This document shows, in pieces, positions 35,167-44,165 of a DNA stretch of 64,000 nucleotides. The stretch lies in the IMG/VR virus record IMGVR_UViG_3300043480_000021, positions 5,422 through 69,421 of that record; one strand, 5' to 3'. The number at the start of each line of letters is the position of its first letter. The first letter of the stretch is position 1. The notes under the pieces were generated by a model. It worked only from the letters and a program-made list of their open reading frames with translations. It ran no database searches and had not been told where the DNA came from. Source of the stretch: a virus. Its lineage: Duplodnaviria > Caudoviricetes. The position numbers and the translations under genes are program-made.

Positions 35167-35490
35167 CTACGTCCTGGAGCCGATCGCGACCAGGATAAAA
35201 ACGTCGTTCGCGGACAATTCGTCGAGATCGTTGACGTGAATAATGCCGCCCGATTTCGGGGTGCACGTATAAGCCGCGGCGTCCGCGGTCGGACTCAGGA
35301 TTATTTTCCCCGTGAAGACCTGTTTTAAGTCGGTCTGAAAGTCGACGCTGTCCGCATATCCGGTGCCGACCTTATAGACCTTGATGTAGACGTCGAACCC
35401 GTTGAGCGTGAAATTCGGCTGCTCGGAACGGTTAAGGCCGGAGTAGCTCAGGCCCTGCGTGCCCTTGACGGGTACTTCGGAATTAGCCAT
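35167..35490 (-). CDS. Capsid decoration / cement-like protein
   Basis: 107 aa, beta-rich, immediately after the major capsid gene. Confidence 0.5.
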   Translation of the reverse strand: MANSEVPVKGTQGLSYSGLNRSEQPNFTLNGFDVYIKVYKVGTGYADSVDFQTDLKQVFTGKIILSPTADAAAYTCTPKSGGIIHVNDLDELSANDVFILVAIGSRT

Positions 35491-35494
35491 TGTG

Positions 35495-35555
35495 TTTGAC
35501 CTCTTGGCTTGACCCGAGGGAAGGGCAAAAGCCCCGCCCTCGATCAGCTGTCAAA
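35495..35555 (-). other. Long intergenic hairpin with UUUU tetraloop between capsid and decoration genes
   Basis: UUUGAC..UGAUCGAGGG-C-GGGGC-UUUU-GCCCU-U-CCCUCGGGUCA..GUCAAA forms a nested stem. Confidence 0.6.
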
Positions 35556-36860
35556 TTACTCGTAACCGATGCTCACGTCGGAGACCGCCAGACCGGTTAT
35601 CCAAACGCCGAGGCCCGCGGGATCGTTCGTTCCCGTATTGCCGACGCCCTGGAAGATGATCTGTTTCTTCGGGGACCAGCGCTGTCCGTCGCCGCCAGGC
35701 AGCCGGCGCAGGTACGAACCTGTTCCCGGATCCTTGATCGGCTGGAAGTTCTGCATCCCGAATTTGTGCAGCTTCGAGAGATCGCCGAGGAAGATCGCGT
35801 CGTACGGAACGAAGCGGTCATACACGAACTCGATCTCGCCGAAGAAGAGCTTGCGGAAGCCGCGCTTGAGGTCCGCGCCGCCGTCCGCGTATCCCTGCTG
35901 CGGGAATCCGGAGGCTTCGTACATGTCGTACTGCGCCGAGGCATAGAATTTCAGGCCCGGACGCTTCTTGCCCTGGTCGAGGCGGTTACGCCGCGCGGAA
36001 ATGGCCCGGCGAAGCAGCGACGCGCTAACACCCGCGCCGCCGGCCGGTATCCGGATACCGCGGGTGCGGTCGTGGATAGAGCGGTCGGCCATGCCTTGCC
36101 AGGCTCCGGTCGTCTTCGTGTGGTAGTCGATACCGGCCCAGGCATTGTTGTAATCGCCCCATCCGTAGATGAGATCGCCCGCGGCTACTCCGACCGGCGC
36201 CGGCGTCGCCGCAGCATACTTCCACGTGCCGAGCGTTTTATTGACGACGTCGGTCTTGACGTACGGCAGCCCGGCCACATCCTGGCGAAGCACGAAGGAC
36301 GTATCGCGAAACTCGACGCGCATGCCTTTTTCGAAAAAGCGCGAGCCGAAAAGGTTCGTCGACATATCGTTCGTGACGGTCCGCGTGCCCGTAACTATCG
36401 AGCCGACGGTACCGATCACGTTCGTTCTGTCGCCCCAGATCTGGCGCGAGCGCTTGAGGTCGACGAAACGCAGCTCGCCGTTGATATCGTTGAGAACGGT
36501 ATCAACGTCCTTCGCCGGCATTTCTTTGTATTTGGCCTTGTCCTGGAGCTCCGCGTGGTCGGTGACCTGGACGGTGGCGCGGGTGACGATCGGAAGCACC
36601 TGCAGGCGCAAGTATTCCGAGTTGGTCGGAAGCGGGAAGTCGGTGAACTCGGAATCCGAGAACTGCGAATCCTGCGCCGAATTGGTGGCCCCGAGTTTTA
36701 CGAGGTAGAATCCGCCCTTCTGATTCATGTTCTCGGCGGGTGCTTCGGAGAGATCGTCCCAGACCGGCGAATTTTCGTTCGGTACGAGGTCGATCATCTT
36801 GACGTCCGCAAAGATATTGTCAAGAAGGGTATCGATCGATGAAGTTGTTACTCCCTGCAT
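35556..36860 (-). CDS. Major capsid protein
   Basis: 434 aa, SD GGAG, directly after the scaffold-like gene. Size and motifs (RSRQIWGD, WQGMADR, FGEIEFVYDRFVPYD) are consistent with an HK97-fold coat protein. Confidence 0.8.
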   Translation of the reverse strand: MQGVTTSSIDTLLDNIFADVKMIDLVPNENSPVWDDLSEAPAENMNQKGGFYLVKLGATNSAQDSQFSDSEFTDFPLPTNSEYLRLQVLPIVTRATVQVTDHAELQDKAKYKEMPAKDVDTVLNDINGELRFVDLKRSRQIWGDRTNVIGTVGSIVTGTRTVTNDMSTNLFGSRFFEKGMRVEFRDTSFVLRQDVAGLPYVKTDVVNKTLGTWKYAAATPAPVGVAAGDLIYGWGDYNNAWAGIDYHTKTTGAWQGMADRSIHDRTRGIRIPAGGAGVSASLLRRAISARRNRLDQGKKRPGLKFYASAQYDMYEASGFPQQGYADGGADLKRGFRKLFFGEIEFVYDRFVPYDAIFLGDLSKLHKFGMQNFQPIKDPGTGSYLRRLPGGDGQRWSPKKQIIFQGVGNTGTNDPAGLGVWITGLAVSDVSIGYE

Positions 36861-36928
36861 AAATTATTTACTCCTTTACAAAATTTCTGATCCTTTTCTG
36901 CAACGGAGCGGATTCGCCTCGAATAGCT

Positions 36929-38371
36929 CTAGAACTCTTTGATCTGCCGGCCCGTGGCGTCGCGTGCGCGATCCATGAAGCCTTTCTTCTCGCCTCCGGG
37001 GTTTCCCCCGCCGGCGTCGATATTCTGGCGGTTTCCGTTTCCGTTCGCTCCGGGTTGGCCCGGTTTTCTGGCCGGCGCTTTCACCCCGGCAATTAGCGGC
37101 GACAGTTTTTCCAGCAGATTGTCGAGCCTCAAACTCATGGCAGTCGTAAGATTGCCGTTTGCGATCGTCCCGGCAGGGGCTTTCAAAGTGTTCTTGTGAA
37201 GGAATCCAGCGGCCATCTTAAAGGCCTTCGACGGGCGAATGACGGAAGCAATATTTTGCTTGCCGAGCAGCAGGTCGTTGAGCAGCTGCTTGGCTTCGGC
37301 CATTTCCGGCGAATCCTTGTCGTTCGGCGCCAAGCCGTAGCTTGCGAGTGTTTCCGCACCTACTTCCTGATACCGTTCAACGAGAAGCGTTTCCTCTGCA
37401 GTGATTCGGCCCTGCTCGGATTCGAGCGCCTTCTGGTAGCTCTTCTCCATCTCAGCGACGGGATCCGCGGGCTGTGCCTCCGGATTATCCTTGGCTGCGA
37501 GCTTTGCCTTGAGCTCGGCTATTTCGCGGTCCTTTGTGAATTCTTCCGCGTTGTAGTCGAGTCCCTTGGTTTCGAACTCCAGGTCCTTGAACACTTTTTC
37601 AACTTCTGCGGGCGTTTTTGCCAGATTGACCTTGGCAGCGATGTACTCGAGCATCGTGTTGAATTGGTCCGCCGTGATATTGCCCTCGGGTTTTAAGCCG
37701 AATTCCTGCTTCATCACGTCGTTGACCGCGAAAACACGATTCTCGATGCTATCGAGGCCCTTCAGGAAGAAATCGGAGAAGATCTTGTCGGATTCGGGGA
37801 GCTGCTCCACGAAATTGTTGATCATCTCGCTCCCGGTTAGCTCCCGCTCGACCGGCGCTGCGCCGTCCGCTCCGGGCTCGGTAACCGTGAATTTTCCTGT
37901 CGGGTCCAGGAACGCGTCGAAAACACTAGCGATGTGGTTAAAGCCGTCGGTACCGCCATACTTGGCGAGATCGGCATTAACTTTTTCAAGTCCCGCTTGA
38001 GCTTCGTCGCGCTCGGCTACCACCCTCTTGTAACTGTTCATCCGGTCCGGTTTGGCCTCGCCTTCAGGCGGAGCGTTCGGATCGGGTTCGTTCGGGTCCG
38101 GGGGTGGCTGCTGCTGCTGTGCTGCCGGATCGTCGGCCGGGTCCGGCTCGTTTCCAGGCACGTCAAGATCTTGGTTTGCGCCTTCTCCTTCGTCTCCGGT
38201 TTGCAGCGCTGCCTTGGCGGCCGCGGCGCGTTCCATGAACGAGGGGTTTCCTCCGGATTCCTTTCCGCCGCTGCCGGCGGGTGCATCCGGTTGTTGCTGT
38301 GTGCCATCGTTAGCAACTGACGACGGAGCGGCTTCCTGGCCTACATCGCTCCCTGGTGCTGGTATATTCAT
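36929..38371 (-). CDS. Capsid scaffolding protein
   Basis: 480 aa, low-complexity P/Q/G/D N-terminus, coiled coils, basic C-terminal helix; lies between portal and capsid. Confidence 0.7.
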   Translation of the reverse strand: MNIPAPGSDVGQEAAPSSVANDGTQQQPDAPAGSGGKESGGNPSFMERAAAAKAALQTGDEGEGANQDLDVPGNEPDPADDPAAQQQQPPPDPNEPDPNAPPEGEAKPDRMNSYKRVVAERDEAQAGLEKVNADLAKYGGTDGFNHIASVFDAFLDPTGKFTVTEPGADGAAPVERELTGSEMINNFVEQLPESDKIFSDFFLKGLDSIENRVFAVNDVMKQEFGLKPEGNITADQFNTMLEYIAAKVNLAKTPAEVEKVFKDLEFETKGLDYNAEEFTKDREIAELKAKLAAKDNPEAQPADPVAEMEKSYQKALESEQGRITAEETLLVERYQEVGAETLASYGLAPNDKDSPEMAEAKQLLNDLLLGKQNIASVIRPSKAFKMAAGFLHKNTLKAPAGTIANGNLTTAMSLRLDNLLEKLSPLIAGVKAPARKPGQPGANGNGNRQNIDAGGGNPGGEKKGFMDRARDATGRQIKEF

Positions 38372-38471
38372 TTTTGTTTCGTGCTAAAGGATCTGTGTGA
38401 TACATTGCCTCGTCCGGATCACGCACGAAGAAGAACAAAGGCAGCCTTCACACAAATTTTTTGTTAAGGGT

Positions 38472-38539
38472 AAAAAAACGAAAAGCCCTGATCCTGAGCT
38501 CTACGGGATAATCGTCCGTAAAACTCTGAATCAGGGCTT
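38472..38539 (-). terminator. 24-bp stem terminator/attenuator in the leader of the scaffold-capsid operon
   Basis: AAGCCCUGAUUCAGAGUUUUACGG / CCGUAGAGCUCAGGAUCAGGGCUU (one A-A mismatch; three G-U pairs valid only on the minus strand), 9-nt loop, tail UUCGUUUUUUU. Confidence 0.7.
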
Positions 38540-38625
38540 AAACTTTTAGCGGCGCCGGCGTTCGGCGTTCGCTCTCTAAACCATCAAATTTTCAATGTCT
38601 TTAGCTTTCGCTTCAGACAGAGAGA

Positions 38626-38663
38626 AAAATAACCCTTTTTAGAGCATTCGTCAAGAGCGAATG
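38626..38663 (-). promoter_or_regulatory. Sigma70-type promoter with an operator-like palindrome over the -35 box
   Basis: TTGACG (38649-38654), 17-nt spacer, TATTTT (38626-38631). The inverted repeat CATTCG-N7-CGAATG (38645-38663) overlaps the -35 element. Confidence 0.55.
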
Positions 38664-38664
38664 T

Positions 38665-38931
38665 TCAAGGGTGCTTTTCGGAAGGGGATACGGCCGCGCC
38701 GGCGAGACGCTTTTCATGCCGGTTCATACGGTATGACAGCGCAGCCTGGTTAACTATTATGGCAAGGAAAAACTGCATCAAAACTACCATCGCTCCGAAA
38801 ACGGCGTCGAACCGGCTGAGCGCGTCCGGGTCGTATTTCTGCACCTCGTGGCGCATGTTCATGGTGTCGCGGTGACGGGCGACGGCCTTTTCCTCGCCGC
38901 TTAAACGCCTGGTCGATGGTGTTTCGTTCAT
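38665..38931 (-). CDS. Small membrane protein coupled to the sigma gene (anti-sigma candidate)
   Basis: 88 aa, ATGA overlap with the sigma stop, one TM (FDAVFGAMVVLMQFFLAIIV). Confidence 0.5.
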   Translation of the reverse strand: MNETPSTRRLSGEEKAVARHRDTMNMRHEVQKYDPDALSRFDAVFGAMVVLMQFFLAIIVNQAALSYRMNRHEKRLAGAAVSPSEKHP

Positions 38932-39509
38932 GCAGCGAGATAGGACGGATGGAATACCCGCGGGTTGGCCTTCCTGTTCAGTAGTTTCTGCATTTTGTTC
39001 CGCGCTTTGTGCAGCTGGGACTTTGATGTGCCGACCGAGCAGCCGAGAAGCCTCGCCACTTCTTCATGCTCGAATCCCTCAATATCGTGGAGTATCAGAA
39101 CGTTTCGGTAGCCGGCCGGTAGCTGAGCGATCGTTTCCTTGAGCAGGAATCCCCGGTCAAGCGCGGCCGGCCGTTCGCTTCCGGGTACCAGCGCGGCCTT
39201 GAGGCGCTGTTTGGCGAGCTCGTCGTCGAGCGGGACGGACCGCTTTCCTTTCTGCGCCCGGATAGCCATCAGGCATTGATTAACGGCGATGCGGTGGATC
39301 CACGTCGAGAGCCGCGACTGAAACTCAAACGTGTCGAGCTTCCGGAATATGACCAGCATTGTCTCCTGGACCATGTCCTCGGCAAGCGCGGGGTCGAAGA
39401 GGATCCGGAAGCACACGTTTTTAACGCGGCCGTGGTTTTCCGTGAGAATGGCCGTCCAGGCATCGCCGTCGCCGGCAAGGGCTTTTTCTACCAGCTCGCG
39501 ATCGTTCAT
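38928..39509 (-). CDS. ECF (sigma-24/RpoE-like) RNA polymerase sigma factor
   Basis: Region 2 AEDMVQETMLVIFRKLDTFEFQSRLSTWIHRIAVNQCL; region 4 LPAGYRNVLILHDIEGFEHEEVARLLGCSVGTSKSQLHKAR. Confidence 0.92.
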   Translation of the reverse strand: MNDRELVEKALAGDGDAWTAILTENHGRVKNVCFRILFDPALAEDMVQETMLVIFRKLDTFEFQSRLSTWIHRIAVNQCLMAIRAQKGKRSVPLDDELAKQRLKAALVPGSERPAALDRGFLLKETIAQLPAGYRNVLILHDIEGFEHEEVARLLGCSVGTSKSQLHKARNKMQKLLNRKANPRVFHPSYLAA

Positions 39510-39523
39510 TTTCAGCCCTCCTT

Positions 39524-39985
39524 TTAGGATTCATTGCCGCAAAAACTCTTTTCAAGGAGCAGATTGCCTGACCAAATCGAGCTAACATATCGAGGGCCGT
39601 CCTCCACGTGTCTTGTGACTCGCATCGCGAGTGTAAGTTTGAGCGGAGCCGGAAGATTGTTTGTCAGGGCTTCGCCAATGATAAGAATTAATTGATCTTC
39701 CCCGGCATAAAGAACCTCACAGCGTTGTCGGGAGGACAAGGAAAAGACGGGCAGATCTCCGCCATCTTTAAGCTCCGCCGTTGCAACCATAGAAAATCGA
39801 TGCGATGCCGCCTTGGAAAAGTCTCGCATTGGTCCGTCAACCTCTTGTTCAAATGTTTTTAACGGCATAGGTGAGTCGCCATCGTCCAATACGCGTAATG
39901 TTAATTCCAGCGTATCGCCGCGAACCATTGTGATCTTATTCCCTTGAAGGGATCCGTTGCTTATGCTAATTATTTCTGCTCTCAT
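39524..39985 (-). CDS. Hypothetical protein, BppU N-terminal-like beta domain
   Basis: 153 aa, ITMVRGDTLELTLRVLDDGD pattern; visibly more AT-rich than its neighbours; ATGA overlap with the portal stop. Confidence 0.45.
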   Translation of the reverse strand: MRAEIISISNGSLQGNKITMVRGDTLELTLRVLDDGDSPMPLKTFEQEVDGPMRDFSKAASHRFSMVATAELKDGGDLPVFSLSSRQRCEVLYAGEDQLILIIGEALTNNLPAPLKLTLAMRVTRHVEDGPRYVSSIWSGNLLLEKSFCGNES

Positions 39986-42723
39986 TTCGTAGACTTACCT
40001 CCTCCTCCTTGACCTTTAGCGACGGCGCCGATGATCGTTTTCTCGATCTCATGCTCGCGGCCGCGCTCTTTTTCCTCCGCATCGAGGATCTGCCGGTCCT
40101 CCTCGGATGCGATCTCCTTCTCCTGGCCCGCGGCTTCGGCCTCGAGGGCCGCTGCTTCGCGTTCTTCCTCTCCGGACAGAGCCCGGGCAGTCTCATTCGC
40201 TACGGCGCTGCCTGTGCCCTCGATCCTGCCCTGCGTGGCCGCTTCCCGCGCCATCATGTTGTCCATGGTTGTAAGGTGCTGCTTGTAAAACACATCGAGC
40301 ATCCAGAGCAGTATCGTATTCGGATGATCACGGCCGAGCTCGCCGTTGATATGGTCGACAAAGAACTCCATCATCACCTGATGGTTTTCCGTCTCGTGAG
40401 CCTGAAGGCGCTCGTCGGCCATGATCGCCGCCTCGAGCTGCGGATCGAGGATCTTCCGCTGAACGGTCTCCATTCCCGGCGGCGCGGGCTGCGGGAGCGG
40501 TTCTTCGACAATAACGAACGCGTTCTCCATGGGCGTCTGGGCGAGAACGTTCGCAACCTTCGTCTTGAGAAGTTTGAGGCGCTTTTGCGCGAGCCGGCGC
40601 GTGGCGTCGGTATTCTTGGGATCGTATTCGACGCCGAGGGCCCGAAGCAGCTTGACCAGGACGACTGGCGGGAGCGGTATCTGCGGATCGAACAGGCCCA
40701 TCTGGAAGGCTGCCATAAGCGCGCCCTGCGGATCGTTGATCGCCCGCGGGATATCGGTACCCTCGACGACCTTGAAAACCACGTCGGAGTCGATATCGAG
40801 GTTCTTAAAGGCGGCGATATCCTGCGGCTTCCACTCCTCGTTAAACGAGCCCTTGATCATCTGGAAGGCCGCGTTATCCATCGTTTGCCATTTCTTCAGG
40901 AGCTTGCGGCAGGTCTCGATCTTCCCTTTACGCTTGGCCTGCGCCGGCGAGAGCATCAGCTGAAGCGACTGGTTGGCTGCCTGCAGGCGGCCGCCCATTG
41001 TCTGGTTCTTGTCGTTGGCCACGCCAACGGTCTCGTCGTAGACGCCGGATTCTTCCTTCTGGATCTGAATGATGAGCTGCGCGAGCTCCCAAACGAGCGC
41101 ATCGAGTCCCGGAGGGTCCAGATAAAAGAGCTGCTGCTGCCAGTTGATCTGCTCGAGCGGGAGGCCGCTTTCGGTCTTCGCGAAGATAAATCCGCCGGTG
41201 TGGTTTTTCCGAAGGCTTTCCTCGTCGACCAGGTTAGGATTGGCGAACAACGCGGCCAGCTGGCGTTTGAGGCCCGCCGAGTAGATCATCGAGAGGATGT
41301 TCGTGATCGCGTCCTGGAGCTTGTTGAGACGCTCCTCTCCGAGCGGGTAATAACTCGAGGCGTTGATCGTCCAGCCGTAGGGGTTGAAATCGTTAATAAC
41401 ATCGTAAGGCTCGACCTTCAGGAGCTTGCCGTTTGCTATCCAGCAGCAGATGCCGGTGAATTCGAAATCCTCGCCCGCGGCGTGCGGCTGATCGTATTCG
41501 CTTTCAGCTTCCGGAGCGGCTTCGGCGCTCTCCATGGTAGCGATATCGTCGCCTTCAGGCGGGTTGGCGGGCGGAACCTCCTCCTCGACGGCCCCGAAGT
41601 GTCGACGGACCGCCTTTTCGATCGTCTCGCCCTCTTTCATCGAGAAGCCGAGGTTATCTTCGCCGTCGCCCTCGAGCTCCCACTCGCCTTTTGCGGTATA
41701 GCCGAGACATTTGTCGGGCGTATAATACCACTTTTCAAGCTCAAAATACTGCCGGAGGCCTTTTTTGTAGCCATCGGAGAGCCCGCCGGCATACCAGAAG
41801 TTACCGCGCTCTTTCGTTAGCGCGTACCACCACGCGGTACCGGCGCTCCATTTCTCAGGGTTCGGCTCGCCGAGCTTGTCCTTGAACTGCGGGAATTGCA
41901 TTTGAAGCTCGAGCTTCGGCACGAGCTGATTGACGTTGAACCAGCCTGTATTGTCGAATTGAAGCCCGACGCAGGGCAGATCGTCGATGCGCGTCAGGAG
42001 CGCGGAGATTATCTCGATATCGGGTTCGCCGGTCCGTTTCGTCTTGGTTACGAACGGGACGATATCGCGGACCTTCTCGTCGTGCAGCTGGCGCAGTGTG
42101 CCCGGACAGCCCTCGCCATCCTCTCCAGGGCAGTGCATGACGCCGGCTTCGTCCGGCTGGACGTATTCCTCGCCGACCTCGAGGCCGCATTCTCCGCAGC
42201 CGTAGATCTTGCCGTGGATTCGCCTTTGCGTCGGTTCGCCTCCGCGTTCCTGCTCCTGGTACCGGATGCCTTTTTTCTGATTATTGAAGATCCGGACGTA
42301 GCACAGCCTTTGCGTCTGCCGGAGATGGGCGGTATTTATCTCGAAATCCTCGTCGAAGATGTTCGTCTCGGCCCGGGCGAGTATGTTCGTTGCGAGATCG
42401 ACGCCGGCCTCGATCTCGGGGAGCTCCCGCGCGGGCTTCAGCTCGATCTTTACGCTGGTCGCGAGCATGGTCGCTGTCTTCGATCGAATAGCGCGGGGAA
42501 CGACGGGGAATGTCACCAGCCCTTTGCCGAGGCCGCCGACATACTCCATGTTGCGGGTCTTGAGTGTGTTGAAGGTCCCGAAATAGTCGCCGCGGTACCG
42601 GAACTCGGTTGTTACCGCCTGGCGAACGCGCTCGTCGTTGTCCGCGTCGTAGGCTTCCTTCTTTTCCTTGACGGAGGCGAGGATCATCTCCTCGAAATTG
42701 GAGCTGGTATACTCTTCGGCCAT
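39982..42723 (-). CDS. Portal protein (about 913 aa)
   Basis: Large helical protein after TerL; portal-like motifs (QKEESGVYDETVG, TMGGRLQAANQSLQLM); long charged C-terminal barrel-like tail. Start placed at MAEEY. Confidence 0.8.
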   Translation of the reverse strand: MAEEYTSSNFEEMILASVKEKKEAYDADNDERVRQAVTTEFRYRGDYFGTFNTLKTRNMEYVGGLGKGLVTFPVVPRAIRSKTATMLATSVKIELKPARELPEIEAGVDLATNILARAETNIFDEDFEINTAHLRQTQRLCYVRIFNNQKKGIRYQEQERGGEPTQRRIHGKIYGCGECGLEVGEEYVQPDEAGVMHCPGEDGEGCPGTLRQLHDEKVRDIVPFVTKTKRTGEPDIEIISALLTRIDDLPCVGLQFDNTGWFNVNQLVPKLELQMQFPQFKDKLGEPNPEKWSAGTAWWYALTKERGNFWYAGGLSDGYKKGLRQYFELEKWYYTPDKCLGYTAKGEWELEGDGEDNLGFSMKEGETIEKAVRRHFGAVEEEVPPANPPEGDDIATMESAEAAPEAESEYDQPHAAGEDFEFTGICCWIANGKLLKVEPYDVINDFNPYGWTINASSYYPLGEERLNKLQDAITNILSMIYSAGLKRQLAALFANPNLVDEESLRKNHTGGFIFAKTESGLPLEQINWQQQLFYLDPPGLDALVWELAQLIIQIQKEESGVYDETVGVANDKNQTMGGRLQAANQSLQLMLSPAQAKRKGKIETCRKLLKKWQTMDNAAFQMIKGSFNEEWKPQDIAAFKNLDIDSDVVFKVVEGTDIPRAINDPQGALMAAFQMGLFDPQIPLPPVVLVKLLRALGVEYDPKNTDATRRLAQKRLKLLKTKVANVLAQTPMENAFVIVEEPLPQPAPPGMETVQRKILDPQLEAAIMADERLQAHETENHQVMMEFFVDHINGELGRDHPNTILLWMLDVFYKQHLTTMDNMMAREAATQGRIEGTGSAVANETARALSGEEEREAAALEAEAAGQEKEIASEEDRQILDAEEKERGREHEIEKTIIGAVAKGQGGGGKSTK

Positions 42724-42848
42724 AAAACTCAAATTTCCCCGGCGACGCCGCAAAAGCGTGAAGCCGTAAAAAACCGCCTATCGGAAAAATTCGAGTTTAA
42801 GCCGTGATAGGTATCAAATTGTAGTAATCAAAATAGGGCTAGGATGAT

Positions 42849-43262
42849 CTAATTTACTGCTCGGGGATGGTGCTGAGCGTTGTGGACCGCGAGCTCCGAT
42901 TCCCGTACCTCATCCAGGTAATTAATATCACCGGTTTCGCGATAATTTGCAAGCCTTTTCGCAACTTCGCCCTGGATCGTTAGTTCATCCGTCAGGCTTA
43001 GATGCTCGGGTACCTTGTAGTTTTCGAAGTGTTTAAGGCGATTGTCGAGGTCCGTTGCTTGTCGAATACGCGCATCGGTTTCGGTAGTAAGTGCGCTGTC
43101 CACCTCCTGCAGGCGCTCCGACAGATCGGCGATCGCTTTGCCCTGGGCCTTCGTTTCGCCGTCTCCTTTGCGGACGCGGGTGAAGAGATAATAACCAGCG
43201 CCGGCTAGTCCTAAAATGAGCATGAATTGAGTTCCAATTAACAGTCCGTAGATCAGGTCCAT
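42849..43262 (-). CDS. Membrane-anchored coiled-coil protein (137 aa)
   Basis: N-terminal TM (LIYGLLIGTQFMLILGLAGAGYYLF) followed by a heptad pattern. Confidence 0.65.
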   Translation of the reverse strand: MDLIYGLLIGTQFMLILGLAGAGYYLFTRVRKGDGETKAQGKAIADLSERLQEVDSALTTETDARIRQATDLDNRLKHFENYKVPEHLSLTDELTIQGEVAKRLANYRETGDINYLDEVRESELAVHNAQHHPRAVN

Positions 43263-43267
43263 AAAAA

Positions 43268-43471
43268 TTAACCCTCGATTTTAACGAATTCGAAAGTGAT
43301 GCCGTCCGTGAGAACAAGCATGTCGCGCGGGATTGCAGGTGAATATAAAACGGGAACCATGTCGCCCGGTTTTGTTAGCGAACCGATCAAATGTCTTACC
43401 GCGGCGGTTACGAGCTTCGATAGAGGCTGCTGCTCGAAAATAGTGTTGAGATTTAACGTTAGTTCGGTCAT
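43268..43471 (-). CDS. Hypothetical protein (67 aa)
   Basis: Tightly spaced (4-5 nt) in the operon. Confidence 0.55.
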   Translation of the reverse strand: MTELTLNLNTIFEQQPLSKLVTAAVRHLIGSLTKPGDMVPVLYSPAIPRDMLVLTDGITFEFVKIEG

Positions 43472-43475
43472 AGCT

Positions 43476-44165
43476 TTAGTGGATTATCTCCGGAAAATCC
43501 TCGTCCGGTTCGTTGGAAATTTCCGTAAACTTCCGGAAAAACTCCTGTTCGTCGTAAGTGAGGTCCTCTTTCTCCATGTGAAGCTCGCCCTTCGCTGCCA
43601 TTAAGACGCGGCGGAAGAATCCCTCGTTGGCCTTCATGAAATTGGTCGTCTTGTCGAGCTCGAGAACCATCGCGATCGCGCCGAGTAACTGCCCCTCCGG
43701 CGTTTGGCCGAAATGTTCAGCCAAGGTAAGGAGTTTGTTGACTATTTGCTGCTGGTAGGGAAAGACCAGGCTTTCATAAAAAGCGTAGCCATCGGATATC
43801 CACTCCATTATTACCGAAGTCCCACTACGATATCCAGCGCCGTCCAAAGAGGCTGCTAGAGCTTGTTCTACAGCATCCCGTCCGCTCAAGATTTGTTCCT
43901 GAATTTTCCAATTCTCCTGCATACGGTGCAGGACGCGCTCTGGAGTAGGGTCCGGGTGAACGTTCATCCAATAATGGTCGACACGGTCCTCGACCATTTG
44001 CCAGAAGACCGTGTCGTCGAAGCCGATATCCTGCGATTTAACTTCCTCCAGGCGTTTCTCGACGTCGCCGCGGTCGAATTGCTGATAAGGGTAGTTGTGC
44101 AAAAGGGTGTCGACCATCTGACCGTAATCCTGTTCGGTTAATTTCTGCTGCTTCATCTGCGTCAT
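43476..44165 (-). CDS. Hypothetical protein (229 aa)
   Basis: ATGA overlap with the TerL stop; helical. Confidence 0.65.
   Translation of the reverse strand: MTQMKQQKLTEQDYGQMVDTLLHNYPYQQFDRGDVEKRLEEVKSQDIGFDDTVFWQMVEDRVDHYWMNVHPDPTPERVLHRMQENWKIQEQILSGRDAVEQALAASLDGAGYRSGTSVIMEWISDGYAFYESLVFPYQQQIVNKLLTLAEHFGQTPEGQLLGAIAMVLELDKTTNFMKANEGFFRRVLMAAKGELHMEKEDLTYDEQEFFRKFTEISNEPDEDFPEIIH

Noticed and set aside
35495-35555. c-di-GMP or other known riboswitch suggested by GGCAAAAGCC
   Set aside because: That string is on the non-coding strand and the surrounding architecture does not match a known aptamer. Kept only as a generic hairpin.
35490-42807. Plus-strand ORFs 35490-36842, 40009-41820 and 41896-42807
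   Set aside because: They are mirror frames of the capsid and portal genes and have no independent features.
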